DNA of 64,000 nt. It comes from Lingula anatina (lineage: Eukaryota; Animalia; Brachiopoda). Of the stretch, positions 24,031-37,829 are shown in pieces. The stretch is from NCBI GenBank assembly GCA_051362555.1, contig CM120646.1, positions 1,426,001 through 1,490,000 on the forward strand, in the 5' to 3' direction. The position numbers were made by a program, and so were the translations under genes. The stretch's first letter is position 1, and each line of letters starts with the position of its first letter. The notes below the pieces were generated by a model. It made no database searches and had not been told where the DNA came from. It saw nothing but the letters and a program-made list of their open reading frames with translations.

Positions 24031-27000
24031 ATGGCGAGCTCCCATTTTTCAACTTTAGCAACTGATACAGAAAGGCAGTTTATAGGCAAGATGCAAGACC
24101 CAGAAGTCTACGGCAGGCTGTTAGATTGTCTGGATAAAATCTGCAATCGTCTGAAAACCCAGGAAACAAGCAAAGAAGATGTACTTTTATTGTCCAATTC
24201 TCTTGCAAATATGTGGGAAGTAATGAAAAAAGAAACAACAGAGTATGGCAACGGAAACGTATCTATTGAAACCATGATAAGCAGCATTCAGATGGAAGTG
24301 GGGCAGAGAAGCACACTGGATGATGACAGCTGTGATGAAGAGACTGCAACATGGAAAGAAGTGAGAGAGGAGAGCAATGATGTTATGATCAGCGCTGTTG
24401 CTGACAAATCTCTATCCAGAAGATGAGATGTCGAAATTCCCTGGTGCCGAGATGTTGCAGCTCCCCGATGGAGGCAACGATGATGTGGTCAGTGATGTTT
24501 CTGACAAAGTAAAATGTCCCGAAGTTGAGATTTTATAACCCTCATGACCAGTGGTGATACTTATGTATTAAAATCCCCGGATACAGGTATGTTGCCTAGC
24601 TACTGCGCGTTTCCTCCAGTGATGCCGAATTGTTGAAGTCCAGTGAGGCAGATTTTTTAATTACTTGTTTTTCAAACAATCGTTATTTTGGTCAGAGGTC
24701 GGAGGGGGGGGAAATGTTTTTCAAAAAATTGACTTTTTGGTCACTCATTTTCAAAACTATATTAGACAATGGAAAATAGAGGGTTTAAACACAGTATAAC
24801 AATTTTTGGATAAAAACAGCAATTCCTTGTCAATGTTTTATTTATCTAAATAAATGTCAATTCTACGAATCAGTCTTGTAAATTACAAAACAATAAAAAG
24901 CACAGTTTGCATTTCTATGCACTCATGATGACAGTGCACAAAACAGTTTTTTGTCAATATTGATGTAGCATTATGTAGGATTTAATGATTGAGTGGAAAA
25001 TCATCAGCAAAATTAAATCATCTACTTCATGTAACAAGGCCATCCAGAAACAATATGGCTTCATGCCCATGTGAGTTCCAAGTCCCACAGAGAAAGCACC
25101 AATGCATGTATGTAAAAATTGAACATTTCACAAAAACAGCATTACTTCCATAAAAAGAATCTAATCAGGCTATATTTCAGACCTTTGAATCTTTCAGTAA
25201 GTTTGAAAATCATCTTGTTAAATGGCCTTCCTAAAATGGTAACTATGGCAGCTGCACTAATCTAGCCAGTCTTTCTCTGCATATGGGCTTCTATACCACG
25301 TACAGCTCTACTGTCAGTGTCTTTGCTATGCGTTTTCCAAGATTTTTGGCCTGCCCAGCCCAAAAACCAACATTGAAGTCTTTCACTACTTGCGAGATGG
25401 AATTATACATTGTCTGCCTTGCATTACTTGGGGATTCACTGAAAAAAATCAGATAAGTTAACAGAGTTGAGTGTGTGCCTTCTGTTATAGCTGCATAGGA
25501 ATTGTAGAAGTCAAAAGCCAGCAAACAATTGCTTAGCCAGATTGTTAGAAATACAAAAACCAGCAAGGGAAGTTTGGCGCCACAGTTTGAAATGTGTGCA
25601 CTATTTGTGTGGAATTATAACTTTAATGTAGATTCTTCTGGCGCACACATAATGTTTATATCATCTATCAACATAATTCAATGTTTATTAATAATACGCT
25701 TTATTTTTTTTTATTAATGGGACTTCCAATAAAAGCGGCCATCATCGGCCAAAATTCAAACATCACACTTGAGTTTGTTCCATTCTTTTAAAGGACGGAT
25801 CCTATTTCTTACATCGGCTTAGATCAAGGAGACATAAAGGGTAATATGGCCTGTTATGGAACCGTGGTCTTAATTTTCATTAATCTAAATGGCAGCAACA
25901 ACTTAATTTATTTGATAAAAAAAAGGTTCATTAACAAAATAATAAAAGATAAAACTGAACTGCCAGGTCACAGGTCCATAGCCAAGGAGTTTTGAATGAT
26001 TTGAACGAACCACCCTTTTTATCAGGAAAAGGTCTGCTCTGGGTGAAAATTGAACTAGGTGCATAAAGGTTTTATGGTAAATGGTCCACTTTTTTCAGAA
26101 AAAAAAACATATTTTGAAATTGCTGGCTACGGGCCTGGTTAACCTTAATATCTAAATACGCATTAAAAACTTGGTGGAAAACTGTACTATGAATTCATGA
26201 GTCGATATGGTTTACATCAAGGTTCAAGGCAAATAGGAAAAATGCAGCAAATGCCAACATTTGCCTAGGAGATGTTCTTATAAAACTATCAAGTTCTGTA
26301 AAAGATCTGGGAGTTACCCTCGATGAAAGAAATGGGGAAGCGTGTATCTGAAGTGTGTAAATCAGCATCTTATGCACTATGGCGCATTGGAAAAATAAGG
26401 AAAGTGTTAGATAACAAAACGACTGAAAAATTAGTACATGCATTTATATCATCAAAATTAGATTACTGCAATAGTCCCCTCTTTGGTATTTGTGACCATC
26501 AGATTAAAAAGTTACAAGTTATTCAAAACTCAGCTGCAAGACTGGCTTGTCAAATAAAGCGCAATAGTACACACCTTATCACTCCCATTCTGAAAGAATT
26601 ACAGGTACACTGGTTGCCTGTGAATCAGAGGATTATTTTAAAGTACTTTGTATTATTTTTTAGGCGATCCATTCACAAGGACCATTATATTTATCTGATC
26701 TTATCTGTTGTAACTTCTCTCAAGTTATACTGTTTGAAACTACATGAATATGCTGGCATTAGGTCGGCTTTTCTTGCAAAAATTTATTTCATATGCATCT
26801 TTAAAGGCCTTTGCTTTATTTTAGGAAAAGACAAAAGTTGTAATGAAAACATCAAGGAATCGGTAATGGGTCTGCCTTGTTATGATGTTTAAAAGTTAAG
26901 GCGATATAGATTTTTGTTATACTCTGACCCCTACTTAATTATTAAGTCCCCATGCACATCCCTGATGATGGGTATACTAATCACCATAGTTTCAACTTCC

Positions 27001-27610
27001 TACCTGCAATGGTCTAGGAGCAGATAGCAGATATTACAATGTGAAAAGAATTTAGAATCAACCACCCCCCGAGGAAAGCCCAACACCCTGTGGCACTAAA
27101 ATTCCAAAGTGCAGATGCACATCCCTGATGATGGGTCTACCAATTCCAAAAGTTTCAGTTTCCTATCTGCAATGGTCTAAGAGGAGATAGTGAAAATTAC
27201 AATGTCATAAGAATTTAGAATCAACCAGCCCCGGGGGACAGCCCAAGCCCCTTTTTTTTAAATTAAAATACCTTTGGATGAAGCAGTGATGTGTGTGTAT
27301 GTGTGCGTACGTGTGTATGTACGTGCGTGTGCTAAGTGGTCCCTAGGGGTGAGGTGCTCTTGATGATATGGGGAAGTGCGGGGATATGGGATGGCTACCT
27401 ATCGATACCATCTAGTTTCTCTCTGTGGAAGCCATTGAGCAGCACTGTGCAGAGGAGGTGCGCAAAGTGTGTGAAATGACCGTGGAAGTTCCTGTACGTG
27501 AAAAACAGTGGATTTGGGATCCAAAAAGAAAAGAAGACGGAAACAACAGGAAGCTTGAAGCGTTGAGGAAATACCGTTACTTTGCAGACGGCATTTTCGA
27601 ACTCGTCTAA
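24031..27610 (+). pseudogene. Decayed multi-exon gene of unknown family (duplicate remnant at ~3865-7280)
   Basis: 131-aa ORF continuing through frameshifts into acidic KFPD/E-type repeats; spliceable pieces (donor ~25070, 16-nt microexon 25181-25196, YGLLYHVQLYCQCL..WGFTEK at ~25280-25450, terminal VEAIEQHC..YFADGIFELV* 27425-27610). Family not recognised. Confidence 0.35.
26240..26645 (+). mobile_element. L2/CR1-clade LINE reverse-transcriptase C-terminal fragment
   Basis: SSVKDLGVTLD ... LVHAFISSKLDYCNS ... KLQVIQNSAARL ... ITPILKEL.HWLPV.QRI, typical of L2-clade ORF2. Confidence 0.85.
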
Positions 27611-30600
27611 TGCATGAAGAATCATTTCATAATGTATAAGTTGTGCTTAATGGCACTGTAATAACCAAATTGCACTATAAGCACTAAGTATAAGAACTAA
27701 GTTTTAGGGGCAATTACATTTGGTTAAATAATTCCCATGATAATAAGTTTATAATGTTAAATAAATAATTTATGTGAGAGATATTATCATAATCCCTACT
27801 TCTTGTTTCATATACATTGTACTAAAATAATTTGTAACGCTCATCTTAGATATACATATGCAACATGTTCTGGGAAAACGGTTTCATGACATTAAAATGG
27901 ATGTTGCACCTTCTTTATATAAATCACTATCTTGTCTTTATTGATTGTCCTTCAGGAGCATCTATAAAATTCCATTAAATGTGTGCATATCTCTTTTTTT
28001 TCCGACACTCAGCAATGGTTGCAATGGTGATGATAATCTGTAATTAGTGTACAACATTGAGATATAGTCTAAATAACACTGCCAATACCGGTAGGTAATG
28101 CATATTTAACCACTCAAAATTGTGTGTGGTACAGTGAAAGTGACACGTTATAACAATATACAACTACTTGTAGCAGCAAATACAACCGTGGTCCGCACCC
28201 TTAACATATCCTGCAGTTGACTTTGGCCTAATTGTCAGAGTTTTGTATCTGTCCAATTGATTTGCTTTATTATCAGATATTTTGCCTCATACATGCAACA
28301 CTCTTATTACAAGACAAACGATATGTGATTTTTTATTTATCAATTTTTTATTCTACCCATCACAATATTACTTTACCCATAATTTCCATAAACAGGTCGA
28401 AAATAAAGAATTCTGCTATTCGAATATTGGGCTTTTCCCTGTCCATTTTATCAAACTTGAAACAATCAAACTGGTATGTGATTCATATATTACTTTTAGG
28501 GAATATGGTTGGTTGATACTCCATAGTATATGATAAACGTTTATTTTGTGATATAGAGGACGATTTCCTGGGAGGAATTCTTTTATTAAAGTATGGATTA
28601 GTGCAGAAATATCAACTGTCCAAAATATTTAGACATTGTGATTATTGTTGCTACACTCCCAAAGCACAATGGAACTCTTGTCACACCTACCAGAATTCAC
28701 TACTTTGACCACTCATGATGTATTGTATTGATTAAATATTATTCTCCAATGGCGCCATAGTACTTTTTTAAAATTAAAATTAAAATTACAATAAAGCCAT
28801 TAAAGATTTTATTGGGCAACTAAATAATCATCCCTTGAGTACATCTTAAGAAGATACCGATTATATTGAAGAGAAATCCAAAGTTGGGGACGCGTTATCC
28901 CTTTTCTCGAGCAAGTGTCTTTTCACTGTCCATTACCAGATTGTCGACCGTCTTTCCAGGTTGTAGTTCACTGTTGTGTTTCTATAAGCTGATGATTGAT
29001 GAGACTGATCCGCACTGTTCCCCGCCGTGTCTGGGCAATTTAAAGTCACCTCCGATACAATATGTATAATACTTAAATGAGCTCAATGAAATTGATTAGG
29101 GTTTTTATATTTTATTCTTTCGGAAAGTAACGTTACGTGGCTTATCCTCAAGTGGTGCATTGGTGTTGAGGCTATTTACAGTGGCGGGTGTCAGGGCCAC
29201 TAACAACAATGGGTTACCATCTTTGATAGTCTTTTTAAATAGTCATATGTGGATTACAGTAGGAGTGCTTTCATGTGAAAGGGGGTGGATTGTCTTATTA
29301 TTAAAACATTTTTGTGTTTCAAAACATTGCTGTGTATTTTAAACTTTTTAATTCTTAGCCGAAAATGAAATTAAAACAATGCCAAAATGTGGGACACAGA
29401 CATACAAGTCAGAAAAGTATTGTCATGTTTTTTGTAATCCCAGAGATCATTTACGGCACGCACGCTAGAAAAATAAACAAAAATTGCTCTTCGTCGCAAC
29501 TTTTGATGGGTGAAGAAAACGGGTTGTTGTCCGTTACTATCGTTTCCGTTTTCAGCTTTAGTTCAGGTGTACAAAGTATCTCCCAATCACGTGAACTATA
29601 CAGATCGTTCAATTTCGGGATTTAAATACTTGAAATACACTCTGCTTTTCATAAAACAACAATGTTTAAGGAAATCCTGTCATCTGAGGGTGTAATCACA
29701 GATGTTATGACCCAATCCTGTTTTATTTCCTTCAGACTCGCACGACAGCGAAACCACAGCTAGTGTGTAGTTTCTTTTCTCAATAGTGTTTGCTAAATAG
29801 TGGAAATTTCCACTGATGACGTAATGACCCGGTCACATAAATATTAAATACGACTTATTAAATAAGTTATATCCGGTCTCCACTTTTTGGCGTGAAAAAC
29901 GCTTTCATTTCATAGCTGTTCTGTTTAACGGGTGATTCAAGATCGCAGCGTGCTTTCCCAGCTCTGTGAAGTTACAGTTGCGCTTGTATTTTTCCCTGGT
30001 AATTTTTGTATGTGTTGAAAATGTCATTTTCCAAACTTTGTGACTATGAAGTAAAATAACATGTATTTTCTAAGCGGAAAGCGTGAACACAAGAGACGAT
30101 TTCATGTCATTGCTGTTTATTCGCCGATCAGGATCGCATGCAGCGTGCTTCCCCAACTCTCTGAAGTTAAGTGTACTTTTTCCTAATGATTTTTGTATGT
30201 GTTTAATGTAACATTTTTCACTATTTAGGAATGTTTAGTAAAATACTTTGCATAATATTCTAAGCGGTAAGCGTGCTCACAAGATCGGCGCCATGTTGTT
30301 ACCAGTATCGTGGAATTAAAGATGCGATGTTTCTTAAATTGAATCTGAAAATTTTACAAAGATATTGCATGTTGGCCGTGTGTGTATGTGTGTGTGTGTT
30401 TATTTTTATTTCTGACTGTGTAACCATCATTCTTATACTGAGTACTTTGGAAAACTGACTGGCCATCTTGGTTGCCCATTTTCTGGTTACTGCTTTCTTT
30501 TACTATTTTCATCGTAGTGAAAAGCAAGTAATAACTGGAGAAAGGAGAAATATTTTCTATTGTATTTTAACAATACTCAACAGGGGCATAAACATAACTG

Positions 30601-31489
30601 TAAAAACCACAATGAATGAGTTCATCGTTATAAAAGATCTCCTTACGTGTAAGTTTTCCAAACCAACTGAAGTGGTTTATGTTTTAGGGCTAAATTAAAA
30701 GAAGATCGTCGTGTATGGCCGTGATATTCGTGAAATATACAGAGTACCATTCTAGTTTTATGCAGTCGATAAAACTCCGCGCAGGTTGGAAACCATCCCT
30801 TATTGAATGAACTAAAACTAAGATTTTTACCTGGAACGCATGAGCGTGCTACAGAAATAAGGAACACGGAGAACACGACAAAGATTATAATAAGGACGCG
30901 AAGGAAACAGGATGGGCGTATATCTGTAGTTTTCTCGGAGAGGGGTATTTCTTGAGCTAAACCCTATAAATTAATAGTTTTGTGACCTGCCATGTTTCCA
31001 AAAGTGAATCTGCGGTCTCTCCTCATCTTTCGGACCTCGGTAGGGTGGACGAATAAAGGAAATAAATAAATAAAAGCGATGTTCTTGGAGCACAGGGTTA
31101 TTCTGCAATTTATCTTTTTTTTAATTTACGCTGTAAAATATCACCCAGTTAGCCTGTTGATCTTGCGGATCAACCAAATGACCGTTAATTTGGTTGCTAA
31201 ACTACACGTAACTAGCCTACATGTAACCCCCTTCCCCTGGACGTCGCACTAGCAGGTTTCCAAATAAAGACAGCTGAAAATTTTCAGGGCCAAAAGAGAG
31301 CCATTCAAGGACACGTTTTGGGAACACGTTTCATCGCGGCATGATGGACATTCACAGGCGCAGGACCAGAACAGAGCCTCCCAGAAACAATTTAGAGCTA
31401 AAGGACAGAATTTGATATGAGGACCAGAATGGAGACGTACGTTTGCAAAGATGCTGAATTGTTAACGAATAAACCTAAAACCAGTTTTA

Positions 31490-33760
31490 AGCTATTAAAA
31501 GGAAAATACCATTACAGATTAAACTATGTTTGTACATTTGTTATGGCTAAATGCGTCTTCTTTTTAAGCTCCTATTCACTGAATATAATTTGTTGCACAC
31601 ATCTTCTTGTGACAAGCCCACTTGAGGCAATCTGAAAATGATAAATGTTGGTAAAGTATGACACTAAGATGCACTTAACAAAAAACTGCACTAAATTAAC
31701 TCAACAGGAGTCGTTCCAGGGGCAAATTTTCAAACTTTTGGGGATACTTAGCCTAAAGGTTTAACACCCTTAAATTTACACAACAATAATGGCTAAGTAT
31801 TGTGAGCTGATCATACGTACACGTTATTATGAGGTCTGACACTGTAATCTTTCCTGACATGCTTATCTCCTTTTTTGAAAATAAAATGTGTTGTGACTGC
31901 CATATATTACATATCAATTCTGGTCTGTTATGTCGAGATATTTTAATGTGAATGGTGAATGTACCTGTATGCTGTCTATAGTTATTTGAAATACAATGAA
32001 AGTTTAAATTTGTAGGCTCTCTTTCGTTTATTTTAAAATCTTAATTAAGCCGAATAAAGTGAATACTGGGCTATGAGAGTAATTATAAAGAGCGCTTTCT
32101 CACGTTAAATCACGTAAAATAATCCAGAAGTATTTCTTCTACAAAACAACTATTAATAGTTGGGTAAATGTCTCCAACTAAGACGTCGAACTCTTTCTGC
32201 AGGACTTTTAGTCCCAGGAACTTGTTTCCGAGGACATGCTTTCCTAGGAACAGGGGACCTAGGACACGCATTCAAAGGACAAAGAATCCTGACCTCTGTT
32301 CCCTTCACACTGGGAAGGAAGCGGGTTTCTCTTCCTACATGTGTACATTGCATTTGCTTCAGTGTATATTTCCTATAAAATTCTATTCTGTCCTTTTTTT
32401 AATTTGTCGTTTACAAAAAAGGGGCGTGGTTTATTTCTGATAATCGTCTAAACGAAAATCTGAAAAATGTGCATATATACTAAGAACGACAAATTATTTT
32501 TGACCAAGTTCTATATGTGGTTCGAAACCTAAACATTATCTGTCTGGGCTAGATCTACGTATGCACTGATGCTGAATTAATATAACTTATTCATGACAAA
32601 TATACCCGAAAAATTATTAATCTAAAAGGAAAATATCATTGCAAGCTCATTTATTTGTGTATTTTAGCTAAATGCGTCTTTTTTTAAGCCCCCATTCAGT
32701 GAATGTGATTCCTCGCACACACCGTGTGGTAGGTCCACCTGAGGCAATAGAAATAGATAAATATTGGTAAAGAATGACACTTAGGTACACTTAACAAAAA
32801 AACTGTACTAAAATGGATTTAACAAATGCCTCTAAGAGGCAAACTTTCAAAATATTGTACGTAATATAATGGTTTAGTATTGTGAGCTGATGATAGGTTA
32901 CCGTATTGTCTGAAAGGTGTGAAAGGATCTGAACGTTTATAAATGCTCTCCACACATCGTTGGTCTATTTAAAAACTGTAATTTACTGTATCTGGCAGGC
33001 ATTAGACTTCATTTCTGTTCTGATAATAATCTAAACGATGCAATCCTCTGGTACGACTAGGCGTTGTGCACGTCGGTAGTTGCTTTAATAACTGTTATTA
33101 GGTACAAGCATTTAAAATGATTCTAACTTGATCTAATACATTGCAGGATATGTTAAAGAGACAGTCTTCTTTCGAACACGTTTCTACATTTCTCTAAATT
33201 AGTACATTTAATAATAGTTTTGTGCTTTGAAACCCGAAAATCTGTGATGTATGATTTAAAAATTGAGAAAAATGAATAAAATTGCATTATGTTAACTGTA
33301 TAATCTTGGTCATTTTTTATATATGATAATAATCAAGTTATAGCTTTATTTAAGCTCCTATACTGTGTGAGTGATTTCTCACACACAGCTTCTTGTGACA
33401 GACCAACGTGAGGCGATTTAAAATAGATAAATGTTGGTAAAGGATGCCAATAAGATGCACATTACATAAACTGTATGGTAGACCGACGCAACAGTTTTTT
33501 CACCTCAATCTTTGAATAAACATAATAATAATAACTTAGTATTGTGAGCTGATGATAGGCAATCGTATTGTTGAGTATGAAAGTTTATGCTCTCCTGACA
33601 TCGAGGACATGCTCATCTCTCCTTTGAAAAAAACAAACATAAAACGGTGAGTGACTGACGCATATTACAAATAGTTTCTGTTCTGATAATAATATAAAAG
33701 ATGCATTCCTTTGGTACAGATCGGCTTTATGAAATTTTCGCACATTGGTAATTGCTATCA
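31490..33760 (+). repeat. Three degenerate copies of a ~350-400-bp unit
   Basis: gaggc(a/g)at..ataaat(g/a)ttggtaaag..agtattgtgagctgat at ~31625, ~32740 and ~33410. Confidence 0.8.
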
Positions 33761-35188
33761 TTACTGTATTACTGTATCAATAGGGACATGCAATATAAAA
33801 GACTCAGGGGAGAGGAAAGGAGAGGCTGCATTATTTTCTCAAACTTGGTGGTAAAAATTGTCAGTTCAGGTCCACAACTTAGATCACCATGCATTTCATG
33901 TAGTGTCTATTTAAATATCTTACCTTAAATGCACCATAACGTAAAATGCTAGCTAAAATAACATTAGAAAGAAAGTACCAGTAACAAATAAAGTATAGAA
34001 GTTCTGGTACCCAAGTTTTTGTCTTTTTATGCATTCATATTTAAAGACCGGTGAGCAGTATGAGATTATCCCTGCATTGGCGAATCCCCTAATGCTGAGA
34101 TGCAATACTATACCTCATTGGGTAGCGATGGCGGGAAATTGTGTTAGCTGTGCAAAGTTAAAATTGCGTTTTAGGAGCCTATCAACCATTTCAGTGCCAA
34201 CATAGACAATATTTAACAATTCTCTTCAGTTAAATTTCAGATTTTAACACAGGTACTAGCCGCCACCCAACCCAACTCGTTCACAGTAATATGTTAATTA
34301 AAAAGTAAATATGATTGTGGAACGGGTGGGGAGAGTTTCCTATTTCTCAAGAAACGATATGTCTTGATCTTTTGATGAAAAATATGTGCAGAGTAAAACA
34401 TTAATGGAAAAATTGATATTTTAATAATTTGGGGGGGGGGGAGGTGGTAAAGCCCGTTCGATGTATTACATGTCCGCAAAAAAATCGGTCCAGTGGGTGT
34501 GCTGCCCTACCCGTGCCTGGTTCTCAGTTGTATTTATATGCAGCTGAGGCATATATCCCTGTCGGGCATAATTTATTGTAGAATAATCATACATCGCCCA
34601 GCCACATGATATATCTAGGTGTGTATAAAAGACTTCTTTAAAACTTGATTCTCTAAATTATTACTTGTAAAAATTCATTTCAAACGCCCAGTATCAGTGG
34701 TTTGTCTGCTATGCTTTATCATCTCGTGTCTCTTTTGCCAAATTGAGAAGATATATGTTTTTACAAGTTCTGGGTTTTGGCACAGGACAATATACATAAA
34801 ATTTGAGCAGTACGTGACATAAATAATTAGCAGCATGGTATTGTGATCTAATCACAGGTCTTCACATACCTAAATTTGTGTGTTCCTGTTCTACAAGCAA
34901 GCACAGCGTACTCATCTCACATTGAGAAAAGATGACGGAAATTGATGCAGTTTTCAGTTTTAATTTTATTTCTGTTCCGCGTGTAATCGATGCTGTAAAA
35001 TGCAAAAGTTGCTGTAAAGATATTTAGTCAGATGCAAGAAAAGAAATTCGTTTTATGATAAACTTTGCCCAGCCACGGTATAAATACTGTCAATAGCCAT
35101 GAAGTAATGCAACATACTAATGGAAAGAGGATCGGTAATAAATAAAATATAGAAGGTCGATGTGAATGTACCAATATATATATATATA

Positions 35189-35255
<67 letters not shown>

Positions 35256-35637
35256 CCTTTTTACGGCTTCATTGTGATTGTTTTTAAATATTCAAACGAA
35301 ATAATGTACACAATTATATATGTGTCCAAAACCAACGTTTCAGTTACGTGAATTAAACATCCAGTGGTAGCTAACTGCTCTTGAAATTGATATTCTTTCA
35401 ATGTCTATAACATATAAGTCGAATTCAAGTTCACACGACAGCAGCTGAAACTGTTCCAGTACTTAGCACAACTGATTAACTACCTATCACATTTTTGCTT
35501 ATTTTAAGCATCTGGTATTTCATAATCATCAAAAACCTTGTTTAAATACAGGAGTATATTTACGTAGATAAAACAGTGTTTTTATGAGTTACAGTTTCCA
35601 TGCTCCTTACAACTTTTTACATTTTTACCATCCTATC

Positions 35638-36166
35638 CAGGCCTACCCAACTACCAGACTCGGCACCTAAGGATCCTGAATTAACCGTTTTCAAGGTGTG
35701 TGTAAGATCGCATTTCGGAGTATCATACCCCAGAACAAATTTTGTAGCACGACTGCGGGCTCATCCACGCTCGGCTGAACAACCTTAAAATGTACTCTTA
35801 CTTTAGAGTACTCTATTTTATTGTCTCTATGGGGATATATGGGGACTTTACGACATTCGGTTTGAATGTTTTAACCACTTTTGATAGGGCTTTTTTGCAT
35901 TGTATTAGATTAATGTGGCAGTCTAAGGTTCATCTTAGTGGCTTTCAAATTTATGCACCCGGTTTTAAAATCATATAGCGATTTTACGACAATCGTTTAC
36001 TATCCAATCAAGGTGACAGCCGAGCAAGCCAGGGCTCATCCTGTCGGTGTTCTGACTGATACTCCGAAATGCGATCTGACACACACCTTGAAAACGGGTA
36101 GTGTGGTCCGATATACCGGTTAATTCAGGATCCTTAGGTGCCGAGTCTGGTAGTTGGGTAGGCCTG
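35638..36166. mobile_element. MITE with long TIRs and 5-bp TSD (hAT5-like)
   Basis: ~50-bp perfect TIR CAGGCCTACCCAACTACCAGACTCGGCACC... plus ~38-bp inner IR; CTATC on both flanks. Confidence 0.85.
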
Positions 36167-36281
36167 CTATCATTGGGGTATTTATTATACAGTTATCAGT
36201 GACAGACAGCTCACATCACAAAAGTAACGGGAAGATAGTATAATTTGTTACACCACATGCTACGTTCGTAAGCAACAAAGT

Positions 36282-36356
36282 GGGCGTGGACAGCAAATTA
36301 GATTCTGTATGGTGACAGGCTATATAAACGACCGGGGGTTTTCTACATGTTCATTC
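36282..36356 (+). promoter_or_regulatory. Core promoter of the mucin/defensin-like gene
   Basis: GGGCGTGG (Sp/KLF-type) at 36282, TATATAAA at 36321, Inr-like TCATTC at 36351 (~30 nt after TATA), ATGs at 36372/36399. Confidence 0.6.
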
Positions 36357-36398
36357 TGGACAGATTTAGTAATGTCTGCAACAGAACAACAACTTAGG

Positions 36399-37757
36399 AT
36401 GTGTTTGTCAGTGAAAGTGTTCGTGCATCTTGTCTTTACTTTGTACATTTCTGTAACGTTGGGTGAGTGCTTGGAATGGGAAGTAACAAATTGACGATAG
36501 CTATGTATTTTTTGTGGTTTTTTTTAAGATTTGTTGTAAAATGTAATTTTGCACTAAGTGTAAAAATGGTGTGGGAGATTAAATATAATCAAACAAACAG
36601 TAGTTAAACTGTTCTTTTCCAGCCCACATGTTTTTATTCAATTTTGATCACGGATATACTTGTATTTACCACTTTATTGTAAAACATCTAATGACCCAAT
36701 CTGTAGAGAAACATCCATAGAATATTCATGATAATTCACTCTTTCTTTCAGGTCCACCAACCACTGTACAAGGACAGACAGGTAATAACTCAACTTTTTA
36801 CTCTCTTACCACATCAGATATACATCAAAACACCGCAAATCCCATATATTTCACAATAGAGGAATTTTATATTTATTTTTGATTATTTTTTTTAGGTATT
36901 TAAAGCAAAGGCAATACTAAGCACTATTCTACTAATAAATTTTATGGAAAGTGTATTCAGTTTAAGTCGTCCAACTGAACGCAGGGAATACAAAATGAGA
37001 CATTTCACGAAAAAAAATGTATTTTGAGTAACAATTTTTTTTATGATTATTCACCAAAATTGTAATAAGTAAATGGTTTCTTTTAAAATGAATCTCGCGC
37101 TGAGCGTTTTCGTATCTAAACAAATTATGCTATTTTATTAAGTTTTTTTTTTTCAATTTTTTTCTTACTAGATTGCTCATGGTTGTACCTTGATGGGGCG
37201 CTTATAGGCCCGGTCTCTTCAAGCGGCTGCAGTTACGATTGTAATAATATCAGCCCTGAACTTGCCGGGTGCTGTGGGATTGGTGCGTTGGCCAGCAGGT
37301 GCATCTGCTACTTCAATTATTTACCTTCCCCAGTAAGTAAAACGCTTTTTGATTTTAATAAATCTTGAATAAAAAATATTAAAATAAATGAATAAAACAT
37401 CATGATGAATATAATGAAGTAAGAGGGTAGCGTAAGATAAATGTAATGTATAGATATTTCGTAAATCAGTGAAATAATTGTGGAAATTGATCGTTGTTAT
37501 CCTAACTCTCTTACAGTAGTAATAATAATTATGTTTCCGTTGTACAACGTTTTAAAAACGTTTGAAATGCTTTAATCCCTATCCTGTGAATAGAAGTGGC
37601 GGACAAACAATGGAGAGCCGTCTAAATCCCATCAAAATTCGGTATATCGGAAATACAAGCAAGGAAAATAGTAACCTCATTTCAAGGAGTGATGAAGATT
37701 TATATAATGATTTATTTACTTATTTATGCAGAGTAAGCAATAGAACTTTTTTGATGT

Positions 37758-37829
<72 letters not shown>

